NCBI GenBank assembly: GCA_042408955.1
Contig: JBHOQQ010000164.1
Span: 1,138-65,137 of the forward strand
Origin: Thermomicrobiales bacterium
GTDB taxonomy: Bacteria; Chloroflexota; Chloroflexia; Thermomicrobiales; UBA6265
Length of the DNA: 64,000 bases
Reading direction: 5' to 3'
The notes under the pieces were generated by a model, which saw only the letters and a program-made list of their open reading frames with translations, did no database searches and was not told where the DNA came from. Of this stretch, positions 1-9,767 are shown piece after piece. The position numbers and the translations under genes are program-made. Position 1 is the first letter of the stretch. Each line of letters opens with the position of its first letter.

Positions 1-378
1 ACTCGCCTTGCCCCCGGACGGCGCAACTACAACTCCTTCGAGATCAACGGCTCAAACGGTAGCATCGTCTTCAACCTGGAGCGGATGAACGAGCTCCAAG
101 TCTACTTTGCCGACGATCCGAAGGGATTGCAGGGCTTCCGCACCATCAACGTCACCGATCCCGTCCATCCCTATGCCGTCTGGTGGCCGGCAGGGCACAT
201 CATCGGCTACGAGCATACGTTCACGCACGCGGTCAAAGACGTGCTGGACGGAATCAAAGCCGGGGTGAGCCCCGCGCCGACATTCGAGGATGGATATCGC
301 TGCCAAGCGGTCCTCGATGCTGTCGAGCGCAGCGTCGTCTCTGGCACGTGGGAGCGGCCGAAGCCCCTTGAGGGCTAG
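1..378 (+). CDS. Gfo/Idh/MocA-family oxidoreductase, C-terminal fragment (5' end lies outside the window)
   Basis: Frame 1 is open from nt 1 ([32 protein letters not shown]...) into track ORF 85..378. The segment [40 protein letters not shown]...[17 protein letters not shown] looks like the C-terminal domain of Gfo/Idh/MocA sugar dehydrogenases. Confidence 0.6.
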   Translation, partial: TRLAPGRRNYNSFEINGSNGSIVFNLERMNELQVYFADDPKGLQGFRTINVTDPVHPYAVWWPAGHIIGYEHTFTHAVKDVLDGIKAGVSPAPTFEDGYRCQAVLDAVERSVVSGTWERPKPLEG

Positions 379-510
379 GCCCTCCCCCATCAGTCCTGGA
401 TCGCCATCCCAAAGCCCTACTGCGGTCAAGATTACCCGGACCCGATAGTACAATCTCACTGGCTCAAGGGCGACTGAAGTCCTCGTATGTGCTGACAAGG
501 GGGATATCCG

Positions 511-2232
511 ATGGGCGCGTATTGGATCCTTGGCGCGCGTCGAGTGCTGGCACTGCTGTTGGTACTCAGCGCGGTGGCACCGCTGGCAGCAGCCGCGCAA
601 GACGCGACGCCCAGCCCAGATGGCGTGATTCGTAGCAAAACCCGCCAAGAATTCCAAGCCGAGCTTCAGGCTGCATTTGCCGACACGGATGAACCAGCAC
701 AGAACACTGACGGCGTCTACGTCACCGGCGTGACGAGCGATTTGCAATCAGTCAATCCATTCCTCGTCGAATCCAGCCCGTCCCTGGATGTCGTCACCCT
801 GATCTATGAGGGCCTGTTCGGCAGCGATCCGCGCACGGGTGAGCCCGCGCCGGGCGGTCTGAGCGACTATTGGGAGATCTCACCAGACCGCTTGACGTAT
901 ACCTTCCACCTGAACAAAGAAGCGCGCTGGCACGATGGGGTTGATGTGACAGCCGACGACGTTGCCTTCAGCCTGGAGGCACTTGCCGACCCAGCTACCG
1001 CCAGCGCCTACACCGGGGCGTTCAACGATGCTGTCGCCGGCTGGCAGGTGATCGATCCCGACACGATCCAAATCACGGCCAAAGAGCCACGCTTCAGCTT
1101 CTTGTATGACATCCAGGGACTCTTCATCGTCCCCAAGCACATTTGGGAGAGCGTGCCACACGATCAGTGGGCCACCGATCCCGGCAGCACCGGACAGGAT
1201 CCTGCGCGCATCGTCGGCACCGGACCTTACAAGTTCAACCGGTGGGTACAGGGACAGGAAATCTCGCTCATCCGCAACGAGGACTACTACGACATCAAGC
1301 CCAACTTCAAAGAGTATCTGATTCGCATCTATCCTGACGCAGAAGCGCAGTTCAACGCCTTCCTTAACGGAGACATTGACACGATCGGTCTGGAGCCGGA
1401 GCAGGTGGAGACGGTCGAGGCAACCGAAGGGCTCTCCTGGCAGTCCTGGCCAGAACGCGGCTTCACCTATTACGAATTCAACCTGGATCCGAGCGTGCCG
1501 CTGTTCCAAGACAAGCGGGTCCGCCAGGCGTTCATGTGGGCGCTCGACCGGGAGTCGATCGTCAACGACATCTTCCGTGGGTTCGGCGAGGTGGCGAACG
1601 GCACGCAGCCCTCGATTTCTCCCGGCTACGCTCCCGACCGCATCACCACGAAGTACACCTACAATCCCGAGAAGGCTAAAGCGCTGCTCGCTGAGGCTGG
1701 CTGGACGGATACGAACGGCAACGGCGTCGTGGACAAAGACGGACAGGAGATGTCGTTTGAGCTGCTGTATGCGGCAGGCTCACCGACCAACGACACGCTC
1801 GTCGCCTATCTGCAAGATGCGTGGCGCCAGGTTGGCATTGATGCTCAACCGCGGGCAATGGATTTCCCTGCCTTGATCGAGGCGACGACCTCGAATGCCG
1901 AGTGGCGCATGGCGTTGTATGGCTTTAGCTGGGATGCGACGTTCATTCAGGACGTGATGTTCGGCTGCGACCAGGTGCCTCCGGTCGGGTTCAACGATAT
2001 GAAGTATTGCAATCCTGAGCTCGACGCGATCAACGACCAGATCAAACGCGAGTTTGACGCTGAAAAGCGGCGCGAGCTGCTGATCCAAGCCGCGGACATC
2101 GTCAACGAAGATCAACCGGTTGGCATCCTCACCTTCTCGGTGGGAATCGGCGCGTATAACGATCGTGTTCATAACTACCACGGCAGCGCGTGGGGCAACC
2201 AAAGCTTTGTCGGGTTGTGGATCGAGGAATAG
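511..2232 (+). CDS. ABC transporter substrate-binding protein, family 5 (peptide/nickel/opine type)
   Basis: 573 aa. Signal peptide MGAYWILGARRVLALLLVLSAVAPLAAAAQ. SD AAGGGGGA (497-504) lies 6 nt before the ATG. Length and blocks (WHDG..VTADDV, YKF..W, NPEKAKALLAEAGW) are typical of DppA/OppA-like proteins. Confidence 0.9.
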   Translation: MGAYWILGARRVLALLLVLSAVAPLAAAAQDATPSPDGVIRSKTRQEFQAELQAAFADTDEPAQNTDGVYVTGVTSDLQSVNPFLVESSPSLDVVTLIYEGLFGSDPRTGEPAPGGLSDYWEISPDRLTYTFHLNKEARWHDGVDVTADDVAFSLEALADPATASAYTGAFNDAVAGWQVIDPDTIQITAKEPRFSFLYDIQGLFIVPKHIWESVPHDQWATDPGSTGQDPARIVGTGPYKFNRWVQGQEISLIRNEDYYDIKPNFKEYLIRIYPDAEAQFNAFLNGDIDTIGLEPEQVETVEATEGLSWQSWPERGFTYYEFNLDPSVPLFQDKRVRQAFMWALDRESIVNDIFRGFGEVANGTQPSISPGYAPDRITTKYTYNPEKAKALLAEAGWTDTNGNGVVDKDGQEMSFELLYAAGSPTNDTLVAYLQDAWRQVGIDAQPRAMDFPALIEATTSNAEWRMALYGFSWDATFIQDVMFGCDQVPPVGFNDMKYCNPELDAINDQIKREFDAEKRRELLIQAADIVNEDQPVGILTFSVGIGAYNDRVHNYHGSAWGNQSFVGLWIEE

Positions 2233-2314
2233 GTAGCGGGCAACAGGCGGCAGGAGGTTCATAGACCACGGTCCTTCTGCTGCCTGTCGCTGCGTGTCTG
2301 CCTCCTAACCGGCC

Positions 2315-3283
2315 ATGGGAAGCTACATCATCCGCCGCCTCCTCCTGATGATCCCCTTGATTCTTGGGGTCACGTTTTTGACGTTCGGGCTGATGAATCT
2401 CATCCCTGGCAGTCCCTATACGAACCTGCGAAGCAACCCGAAGATCCGCCCAAGCGATGTCGCCCGCCTGGAGGCGCAACTTGGCCTGGACCGCCCGTGG
2501 CCGGTGCGCTACGTCGAGTGGCTCGGTGACCTCCTCCGTGGAGACTTGGGCCGCTCGATGCACAATCAGGTACCGGTCATGGACCGGATCTGGGCGGTGA
2601 TGCCCAACACCCTGCTGCTCACCACGAGCTCGCTCATCTTCGCGCTAGCGCTGGCCATTCCGATCGGGGTGTACGCGGCCGCGCGGCACCGCAGTTGGTT
2701 TGACCGCGGCACCAATCTCGCTACCGTTGCCCTATGGGCGATCCCGAATGCCTGGCTTGCCATCATGCTGGTGATCCTGTTCTCGTTCAAATTCCGGGAA
2801 TGGGGCTTGCCATCACTCCCGGCGACCGGCATCACCAGTCCACGCGGGGGCGGCGATCTGGCCGACCGGCTCAAGCATCTCATTCTCCCGACCGTGTCGC
2901 TGGGGTTGATTCAGATCGGTGTCTGGTCCGCGTATATCCGCTCCTCCATGCTGGAAGCGTTGCAGTCCGACTTCATTCGCACCGCGCGCGCGAAGGGGTT
3001 GTCGAACCGGGCCGTGCTCTTCGCGCACGCCCTTCGCAACGCCTTCTTACCGCTCGTGACCCTTGTCGGACTCTCCATCCCGTCTCTGTTTGGCGGTTCG
3101 ATCTTGATCGAGTCGGTTTTCGCCTGGAATGGGATGGGATTGCTGTCGCTGCAAGCTGTCAGCCAGCGAGACTACACGCTGGTGATGGGCACGACGTTGA
3201 TGTTTGCCGTCTTGACGATGGTGGCGAATCTGATCGCGGATGTCCTCTACGGGATTCTGGACCCGCGGATCCGGGTCGAATGA
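2315..3283 (+). CDS. ABC transporter permease (DppB/OppB-like)
   Basis: 322 aa, multi-span. N-terminal IIRRLLLMIPLILGVTFLTF and the permease loop DFIRTARAKGLSNRAVLFAHALRNAFLPLV are characteristic. Confidence 0.9.
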   Translation: MGSYIIRRLLLMIPLILGVTFLTFGLMNLIPGSPYTNLRSNPKIRPSDVARLEAQLGLDRPWPVRYVEWLGDLLRGDLGRSMHNQVPVMDRIWAVMPNTLLLTTSSLIFALALAIPIGVYAAARHRSWFDRGTNLATVALWAIPNAWLAIMLVILFSFKFREWGLPSLPATGITSPRGGGDLADRLKHLILPTVSLGLIQIGVWSAYIRSSMLEALQSDFIRTARAKGLSNRAVLFAHALRNAFLPLVTLVGLSIPSLFGGSILIESVFAWNGMGLLSLQAVSQRDYTLVMGTTLMFAVLTMVANLIADVLYGILDPRIRVE

Positions 3284-3289
3284 GAGAGC

Positions 3290-4219
3290 ATGAGCGCCCA
3301 CCAGACGGCCGAGACCGCTAGCCCTGCCCTAACGCGCCTCTCTCAGGAGGTGCGTATCCGCGAGGCGCCAGGATTTTACCGGCGGGGCTGGCTGCGGTTT
3401 CGCCGGGACCATGTGGCCATGGCGGCGCTGATCATAGTCCTCGTGATCGTCGCCTTCGCACTTGCCGCGCCGCTCGTCTCCCGCCTGACCGGGTTCACCT
3501 ATTACGAGAATCACCTGAAGACGAAACTGTCCGCACCGGGAGAGAACGGCTATCTGCTTGGCAGCGACGCGAATGGCCGTGACATTCTCACGCGGCTGGC
3601 CTATGGCGGCCGCATCTCGCTGCTCGTGGCGCTGTTCGGCACCCTTGCGGAGCTTGGCTTCGGCCTCGGCCTTGGCGTGATCGCTGGGTATTACGGGAAA
3701 TGGATAGACGCGCTGGTCATGCGCTTGGTTGATGTCTTGATCTCGATCCCGACGATCGCTCTGTTGATCTTGATCTCGTCGCTCTACCAACCAGGCGTGG
3801 TCATGCTCGCGCTTATCATCGGTGCCATCTACTGGCCAGGAGATGCGCGCCTAATCCGGGGTGAGGTGCTCTCGCTCCGCCACCGGGAATACATTCAGGC
3901 AGCGCACGTTGTCGGCACGCCCTCCTGGCTCATCATCCTGCGCCACATCCTGCCAAATGTCACGCCGATCCTCCTCATTCAGGCATCATTGACCATCCCG
4001 TCCGTCATCATTCTCGAATCCGTCATCAGCTTTTTGGGACTTGGGGTCCAGGTGCCGACGCCATCCTGGGGAAACATGCTTGAAGAGGCAGCCCGGTTTT
4101 ACCGAACGAATTGGACCAATGTCTTCATTCCCGGTCTGATGATTTATGTTACTTCGCTGAGCCTCTACCTGGTCGGCATTGGCCTGCGGGATGCGCTCGA
4201 TCCACGCCTTGGGGATTAG
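3290..4219 (+). CDS. ABC transporter permease (DppC/OppC-like)
   Basis: 309 aa. LGSDANGRDILTRLAYGGRISL and REYIQAAHVVGTPSWLIILRHILPNV are DppC-type signatures. Starts 6 nt after the previous stop. Confidence 0.9.
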   Translation: MSAHQTAETASPALTRLSQEVRIREAPGFYRRGWLRFRRDHVAMAALIIVLVIVAFALAAPLVSRLTGFTYYENHLKTKLSAPGENGYLLGSDANGRDILTRLAYGGRISLLVALFGTLAELGFGLGLGVIAGYYGKWIDALVMRLVDVLISIPTIALLILISSLYQPGVVMLALIIGAIYWPGDARLIRGEVLSLRHREYIQAAHVVGTPSWLIILRHILPNVTPILLIQASLTIPSVIILESVISFLGLGVQVPTPSWGNMLEEAARFYRTNWTNVFIPGLMIYVTSLSLYLVGIGLRDALDPRLGD

Positions 4220-4613
4220 CCCGGATGATGATCTGCTCGGTGCGATGCTGTCTGCTGGGACGTCGCGCGGGATGAGATCCGAAGTGTGGCAGCTACGGTG
4301 GCCTGCCGCACAGGTCGTGAGCTTCATTGCCTGGCTGCCCTCCGGATAAGGCTCAACCCGTGCGCGCGGTCCTAGAGATCCGCGATCAACCTACAACGCC
4401 TCCTAAAGAGGGCTGGAAGCGATGCGACATCCCGAATACCAGAGCCGGCTTTGTTAGGTCAGCGCGGGGACTTTAGCACCCCGCTCAAAGGCAACCCTGT
4501 TATGCTTCTGATGCTCCCGCGCTGCCGGCAGTGACGTCCTCTCAACGCGCGGCATTCTATCCTGCGTCCCATAACGCGCCTGCCGCCCGTGCGTCGTTCC
4601 GGCAGGCGCACTC

Positions 4614-5624
4614 GTGGGAGCGAGTCACGTGAATCCGTGGCTGACGTTCATCGCTAGTGGCGCAGTGGTTGTTGCGGCCGGGATCGCCCTCTCCCGCTAT
4701 GGCGATGCGATCGCCGAGCGGACCGGGCTTGGTGGTGCCTGGGTCGGTGCGATTCTGGTCGCGGCAGCCACGTCGTTGCCAGAGCTAACCACTGATATCT
4801 ATGCGGTCCGCCAGGGCACACCCACGCTAGCAATCGGCGATCTTTTCGGATCCAGCATGGCAAACATGGCGATCCTAGCACTTGCCGACCTCCTTGCGCG
4901 CCGCCATCGCATCCTCACGCGCATCGCGATCAACCAAGCGCTCGTTGGGGTACTGGCGATCTCCCTCACCGCGATCGCCGCGGCAGGCGTCTTGACCGGC
5001 ACCCTTCTGATCATCGGCCCGTTCGGCTGGGCGACCATCCTGATCGGCATCGGCTACGTGACCGGCATGCAGCTTCTCCATGCCAACCGGCCAGAGCCGC
5101 CATTTGCCACGAAAGCCGAGGCGGAAGCCGCTGTGCGCACCGCTCCCAGCCTACAACGCGCTTCGATCGGATTTGCACTGGGAGCTATCGCCATCCTGAT
5201 TGCGGGGCGCCCCCTCGCACACTCGTCCGCAGACCTCGCCGACCGGCTTGGACTCACCGTCGGCGTCATTGGCGTAGCCCTGCTCGCGGTCACCACCACT
5301 CTACCCGAGCTAACTGTTACGCTCGCGAGCGTGCGAATGGGCGCCTACGACCTGGCCGTGGGCAACATGCTGGGCAGCAACAGCTTCAACATGGTGATAC
5401 TGCTGGTCCTCGATGCTGTGCATGGCCAAGGATCACTACTCGCTCAAGCCGGATCAGACGTCCTACTCGCGGCGATGTTCGCGATTCTGCTGACCGGACT
5501 GACGACGATTGAGGTGCTCAACAAGGCCGAGCGCCGCACCTGGCTCCTTGAGCCAGATGCGGCCATCCGCCTAGCTCTCTACCTGCTCGGCCTTTACCTC
5601 GTCGTGCGGGCAGGAGGAGGCTGA
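4614..5624 (+). CDS. CaCA-family cation/Ca2+ antiporter (YrbG-like sodium/calcium exchanger membrane protein)
   Basis: 336 aa, about 10 hydrophobic spans. Two alpha-repeat signatures: GDLFGSSMANMAILALADLL and GNMLGSNSFNMVILLVLD. GTG start. The stop TGA (5622-5624) shares one nt with the next ATG. Confidence 0.8.
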   Translation: MGASHVNPWLTFIASGAVVVAAGIALSRYGDAIAERTGLGGAWVGAILVAAATSLPELTTDIYAVRQGTPTLAIGDLFGSSMANMAILALADLLARRHRILTRIAINQALVGVLAISLTAIAAAGVLTGTLLIIGPFGWATILIGIGYVTGMQLLHANRPEPPFATKAEAEAAVRTAPSLQRASIGFALGAIAILIAGRPLAHSSADLADRLGLTVGVIGVALLAVTTTLPELTVTLASVRMGAYDLAVGNMLGSNSFNMVILLVLDAVHGQGSLLAQAGSDVLLAAMFAILLTGLTTIEVLNKAERRTWLLEPDAAIRLALYLLGLYLVVRAGGG

Positions 5625-8392
5625 TGGCAATCTCAGCAGCCCGCGAGACGAGCGTGGCGGAAGCACGATCCACGCCCTGGCATGCCCTGCCGATCGACGA
5701 GGTCGAGCGCTTGCTGGGCACGAGCAGCGCAGGACTCACCCAGCGCGAAGCGGCAGTCCGGCTCGCTCGCTATGGCCCCAATCAGATCGAAGAGGAAGCT
5801 CCGCCGAGCGACCTTGCCATCCTCTTCAATCAGGTGCGCAGTCCGCTGGTCATCACTTTGATTGCGGCTGCCGCAATCACCACCGCGCTCGGCGAAGCGG
5901 TCGATACGCTGGCGATCGCGCTGGTAGTGATCATCAACACGGTCATCGGCTTTGTTCAGGAGCGCCAGGCAGAACGAGCAGTTCATGCATTGCTGCAACT
6001 TGTTACGCCACGCGCCCGCGTCGTGCGCGAGCATCAAGACTGGGAGATCGACAGCCGCGAGGTGGTGCCAGGCGATCTGGTGCTGCTTGAATCCGGCTCC
6101 CGCGTTCCGGCCGATCTCCGCCTCGTCGCGACTACCGCCTTGCAGATCGATGAGTCCACGCTGACCGGTGAGTCGCTCCCCGTCGTCAAACGACCAGACC
6201 CGCTGCCGGAAGACACTCCGCTTGCAGACCGGACGAATCTTGCCTTTGCGGGCACGATTGTCGTCAGTGGGCGCGGGCGTGGCTATGTCGTCGCCACCGG
6301 GCGAAACACCGAGCTCGGCGCGATCGCCGGTCAGATGCGCTCTGTCGCTCGCGTGACAACCCCTCTTCAAGAGCGCATGGCTCGCCTGGCCCGCGTCGTT
6401 GGCGCGGGCGTCGCCGCTTGTGCGGCGCTCGCCTTCGCGGTTGGCATCGCGGCTGGTAGACCCGTCGCTGAGATGTTCCTCATCGCCGTCGCGCTCGCCG
6501 TCTCCGCCGTCCCCGAAGGCTTGCCAATCGCCTTTACGATCACGCTGGCGATGGGCGTGCGCCGGATGGCCCGCCGCAACGCGATCGTTCGTCACCTCCC
6601 CTCCGTGGAAACGCTTGGCAGCACGACAGTGATCGGCTCAGACAAGACCGGCACCCTGACCGAGAACCTGATGACCGTTCGTCAGATCTGGTCCGCAGGC
6701 ATGCGCATCGCGGCAGAGAATCCGGACCGGGAGCTTCTCATCAGCCAGCCAGCACGCGACGCCCTGGCGCACCTGGATACGGCTGACTCGCTGCTGTTGA
6801 CGCTGCTGACAGGCATCCTGACGAACGAAGCCACGGTGTCCCGCACGGCCGGCGGCTTCGACATCAAAGGCGATCCGACCGAAGCCGCCCTGCTCATTGC
6901 GGCCTTCCGCTTTGGCCTGGAGCCGGATGAGATTCAGGAGGCCCTGCCGGTCTTCGCCGAAATCCCCTTCGAGCCAGAGCGCCAGTATTCCGCCAGCTTC
7001 CGTCTCTGGAATGGTCGTCTTGTTAGCTTCGTCAAGGGAGCGCCGGAGCGCGTGCTTGCCATGAGCAGCACGATGCTAACTGCACATGGCCGAGAGCCAC
7101 TCGATCCGGCCCTCATCCAGGATACGGCTCATGCGCTCGCGTCCGAGGGTCTGCGCGTCCTGGCCATGGCCTACGCCATTCTGCCTCCCGGTTCGCATGA
7201 TCCCGAAGGGCTTGGAGAACCCCGGAATCTCACCTTCGTTGGACTGCAGGGCTTGGCAGACCCGCCAAGAACGGGAGCCCGTGAGGCGATTGCTCAATGC
7301 CGGGACGCGGGCATCCGTGTCATCATGATCACCGGCGACCATGCCGCAACGGCCCGGGCGATCGCCCGCGAGCTTGGCATCGCCGGATCCGATGCGCCGG
7401 TGCTAACCGGGGTAGATCTGCAAGGCTTGGACGACGAGCACCTCTGCGAAGCGGTGCGCCACGTGGATGTCTACGCCCGTGTCACTCCCGAGCACAAGCT
7501 GCGCATCGTCAAGGCGCTGCAGCGCCATGATGAGGTCGTCGCGGTGACTGGTGACGGCGTCAATGACGCTCCGGCCTTGCGAGCCGCCGACATTGGCGTC
7601 GCCATGGGGAAGCGAGGCACAGATGTGGCCAAGGAAGCCTCGGACATCGTCTTGGCCGACGACAATTTCGTCACCATAGTCTCGGCGGTCGAAGAGGGTC
7701 GCATTACCTTTGACAATGTACGCAAAGCGGCCTCGTACTTGTTCGCAACGAACGTGGCCGAGGTGCTCACCATTCTTGTCGCGCTCGCCCTGAACTGGCC
7801 GCTTCCGCTCATCGCGGTGCAGATCCTCTGGCTTAATTTGGTGACCGACTCGGCACAAGTCTTGGCGCTCGCGGTCGAGCCCGGAGAGCCTGATGTCATG
7901 CGCCGCCCGCCACGTGGCCGGGGAGCCGGCGTGTTATCTCGCCGGCTGTGGGAGCGGGTCGTGCTCAGCGGCGTGGTGATGACGATCGGGACGCTCGTCC
8001 TGTACCGGTGGGATCTCAGCGCCACCGGCTCGGAGACGCACGCACGGACAATGGCGCTCACCACGATGGTTATGTTCCAGATGTACCAAGCGGCGAACAT
8101 GCGCTTAGAGACACGCTCGCTGCTCCAGATTCCGCCGTTGTCCAATCCGTACCTGTTCGCCGCGATCGCCGCCTCGCTCGCGATTCACCTATCCGCGCTC
8201 TACATTGGCGTCACGCAGACGCTGCTCCGGGTCGAGCCCATTGATCTGATGACCTGGGCGCGCATCATCCTTGTCGCGGCTACGATTCTGATCACGGTCG
8301 AAATCCACAAGCGGATCCGCCGCGCCGATCCCGAGCTTGCGCCGCGCAGGTACGCGGCAGCGCCGGAGAAGCGGGTAGGGGCTAGGGGCTAG
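5624..8392 (+). CDS. P-type ATPase, type II (Ca2+-ATPase-like cation pump)
   Basis: 922 aa. LTGESLPV (actuator), SDKTGTLTEN (phosphorylation site), MITGDH, VTGDGVNDAPALRAADIGVAMG. Strong SD AGGAGGAGG (5612-5620). Confidence 0.9.
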   Translation: MAISAARETSVAEARSTPWHALPIDEVERLLGTSSAGLTQREAAVRLARYGPNQIEEEAPPSDLAILFNQVRSPLVITLIAAAAITTALGEAVDTLAIALVVIINTVIGFVQERQAERAVHALLQLVTPRARVVREHQDWEIDSREVVPGDLVLLESGSRVPADLRLVATTALQIDESTLTGESLPVVKRPDPLPEDTPLADRTNLAFAGTIVVSGRGRGYVVATGRNTELGAIAGQMRSVARVTTPLQERMARLARVVGAGVAACAALAFAVGIAAGRPVAEMFLIAVALAVSAVPEGLPIAFTITLAMGVRRMARRNAIVRHLPSVETLGSTTVIGSDKTGTLTENLMTVRQIWSAGMRIAAENPDRELLISQPARDALAHLDTADSLLLTLLTGILTNEATVSRTAGGFDIKGDPTEAALLIAAFRFGLEPDEIQEALPVFAEIPFEPERQYSASFRLWNGRLVSFVKGAPERVLAMSSTMLTAHGREPLDPALIQDTAHALASEGLRVLAMAYAILPPGSHDPEGLGEPRNLTFVGLQGLADPPRTGAREAIAQCRDAGIRVIMITGDHAATARAIARELGIAGSDAPVLTGVDLQGLDDEHLCEAVRHVDVYARVTPEHKLRIVKALQRHDEVVAVTGDGVNDAPALRAADIGVAMGKRGTDVAKEASDIVLADDNFVTIVSAVEEGRITFDNVRKAASYLFATNVAEVLTILVALALNWPLPLIAVQILWLNLVTDSAQVLALAVEPGEPDVMRRPPRGRGAGVLSRRLWERVVLSGVVMTIGTLVLYRWDLSATGSETHARTMALTTMVMFQMYQAANMRLETRSLLQIPPLSNPYLFAAIAASLAIHLSALYIGVTQTLLRVEPIDLMTWARIILVAATILITVEIHKRIRRADPELAPRRYAAAPEKRVGARG

Positions 8393-8437
8393 AGAAGGTG
8401 CCAGCTACGAGCGACGAGCGATCAGCGGTCAGGAGTC
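8373..8437 (+). repeat. Composite G-tract / AGCTxCGAGC / GTCAGGAGTC element (short copy) overlapping the ATPase stop codon
   Basis: GGGTAGGGGCTAGGGGCTAG (the stop TAG 8390-8392 is inside it), then AGCTACGAGCGACGAGCGA (8403-8421), then GTCAGGAGTC (8428-8437). The same word set occurs at 22080-22136 and 40131-40224. Confidence 0.5.
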
Positions 8438-8954
8438 GCAGGAGGGTGATGCATCGCCCCCTGCCCGCTCACATCCGTCAGACGGCATCGCACGGGGCCA
8501 ACTCCCTCCCTCGCTGCGCTTGGGAGCAGGCTCAGCAAAGGAAGCCGGCGAATGCCGGCTGTACCGGCGGGATATGAGACTCCTCGGCCGCGCCTCGGAA
8601 TGACGGTGATGGGAACGCTTGCGGCAGGGGTGATGCCGACCGGGAAAACGTCAGGCGGGTGCCGAGCGATGATGTTGGTCGAGTACAGGCATGACCAGAT
8701 GCCGCGTCGCCTGGGCTGATCGCGGTGGAGTCTGGACGCCGCGCGGACACGATCCGGAGACGGTGTGACCGTCAACAGAGCATAATCGCCAGGCCGCACC
8801 AGCACGGACGGGGTCACGATGCGGGGCACGATTCCATGAGGACGGACACGGCGCGACGCAGTTTTGCTGTGCCGCTCACGTTACACGTTGTAAACTTCGT
8901 TCTGAGCTTGGCTGACGTGCCACATGCTGGCTCAACCGTATCATCGAACTCGTT

Positions 8955-9707
8955 GTGTCTGAGGTTGGTGGCCGACTGAACGTCGAAACGGTCAGTTCTT
9001 CACGCGCCCAGGAGACTGCGCGGCGCCGCGGCGGCCGACACCGCGCCCTGCGCCCAGAGAGGACCGAAGGTGCCGCAGGGCGTAGCGGTGCGTTGTCGCG
9101 CACGAGTGCTGTGGGTGCGCTGCTGACCATCGTCGCTCTTGGCTTAGGCGCCGCGGCGATCGTGATGATGATTCGTGAGCGACCGCCAGATCATGATTCG
9201 CCGGAAGTTGGATTCGCCCGCGACATGATCTTGCATCACGAGCAAGCGGTTCGGATGTCGCTGCTCCTGCTCGATCGTACCGAAGATCCCGCGATCCGCG
9301 GTCTTGCAAAGGACATTCTGCTCAGCCAGCAGAACCAGATCGGACTGATGACCGGCTGGCTCGATGCATGGGACGTGCCGCTGATTGGTGACGATGCGCC
9401 GATGGTCTGGATGGGACACGCTGGGCCGATGCCAGGGATGGCGACACGCGAGGAGCTGGCGACCCTGTCGACGCTCCCACTGCCTGAGGCCGAGATCCAG
9501 TTCCTCCGCCTCATGATTCGCCATCACCAGGGTGCTATCCCGATGGCCGAGGCGATCCTCTCGCGGACTGACCGGGAGCAGGTGCGCCGCCTGGCCAAAG
9601 GCGTCATTGCCGCGCAGCGCACGGAGATCGCATACATGCAGGAGCTTCTTGCGCAACGGGGAGTCACCGAGGGCAGCGCCGCTACCCCCACTGCCCACGA
9701 TCACTAG
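8955..9707 (+). CDS. DUF305-family protein (copper-associated four-helix-bundle protein), membrane-anchored
   Basis: Two DUF305 half-motifs, FARDMILHHEQAVRMS and FLRLMIRHHQGAIPMAEA, follow one hydrophobic span (VGALLTIVALGLGAAAIVMMI). The GTG start at 8955 is uncertain. Confidence 0.75.
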   Translation: MSEVGGRLNVETVSSSRAQETARRRGGRHRALRPERTEGAAGRSGALSRTSAVGALLTIVALGLGAAAIVMMIRERPPDHDSPEVGFARDMILHHEQAVRMSLLLLDRTEDPAIRGLAKDILLSQQNQIGLMTGWLDAWDVPLIGDDAPMVWMGHAGPMPGMATREELATLSTLPLPEAEIQFLRLMIRHHQGAIPMAEAILSRTDREQVRRLAKGVIAAQRTEIAYMQELLAQRGVTEGSAATPTAHDH

Positions 9708-9767
9708 GCAGGCGTGGCACCACGTGCGACCTCATCCCCTGTGAGCACCCCTAACGGAGCATCGTCT

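Noticed and set aside
8422-8829. 135-aa minus-strand ORF in the 560-bp spacer before the DUF305 gene. Its first ~30 codons (MPRIVTPSVLVRPGDYALLTVTPSPDRV) look coding-like.
   Set aside because: The rest runs through intergenic repeat words (hairpin-family copy 8577-8604, G/C runs), with no family match by eye. It is possibly a gene remnant, but I cannot support a CDS or pseudogene call.
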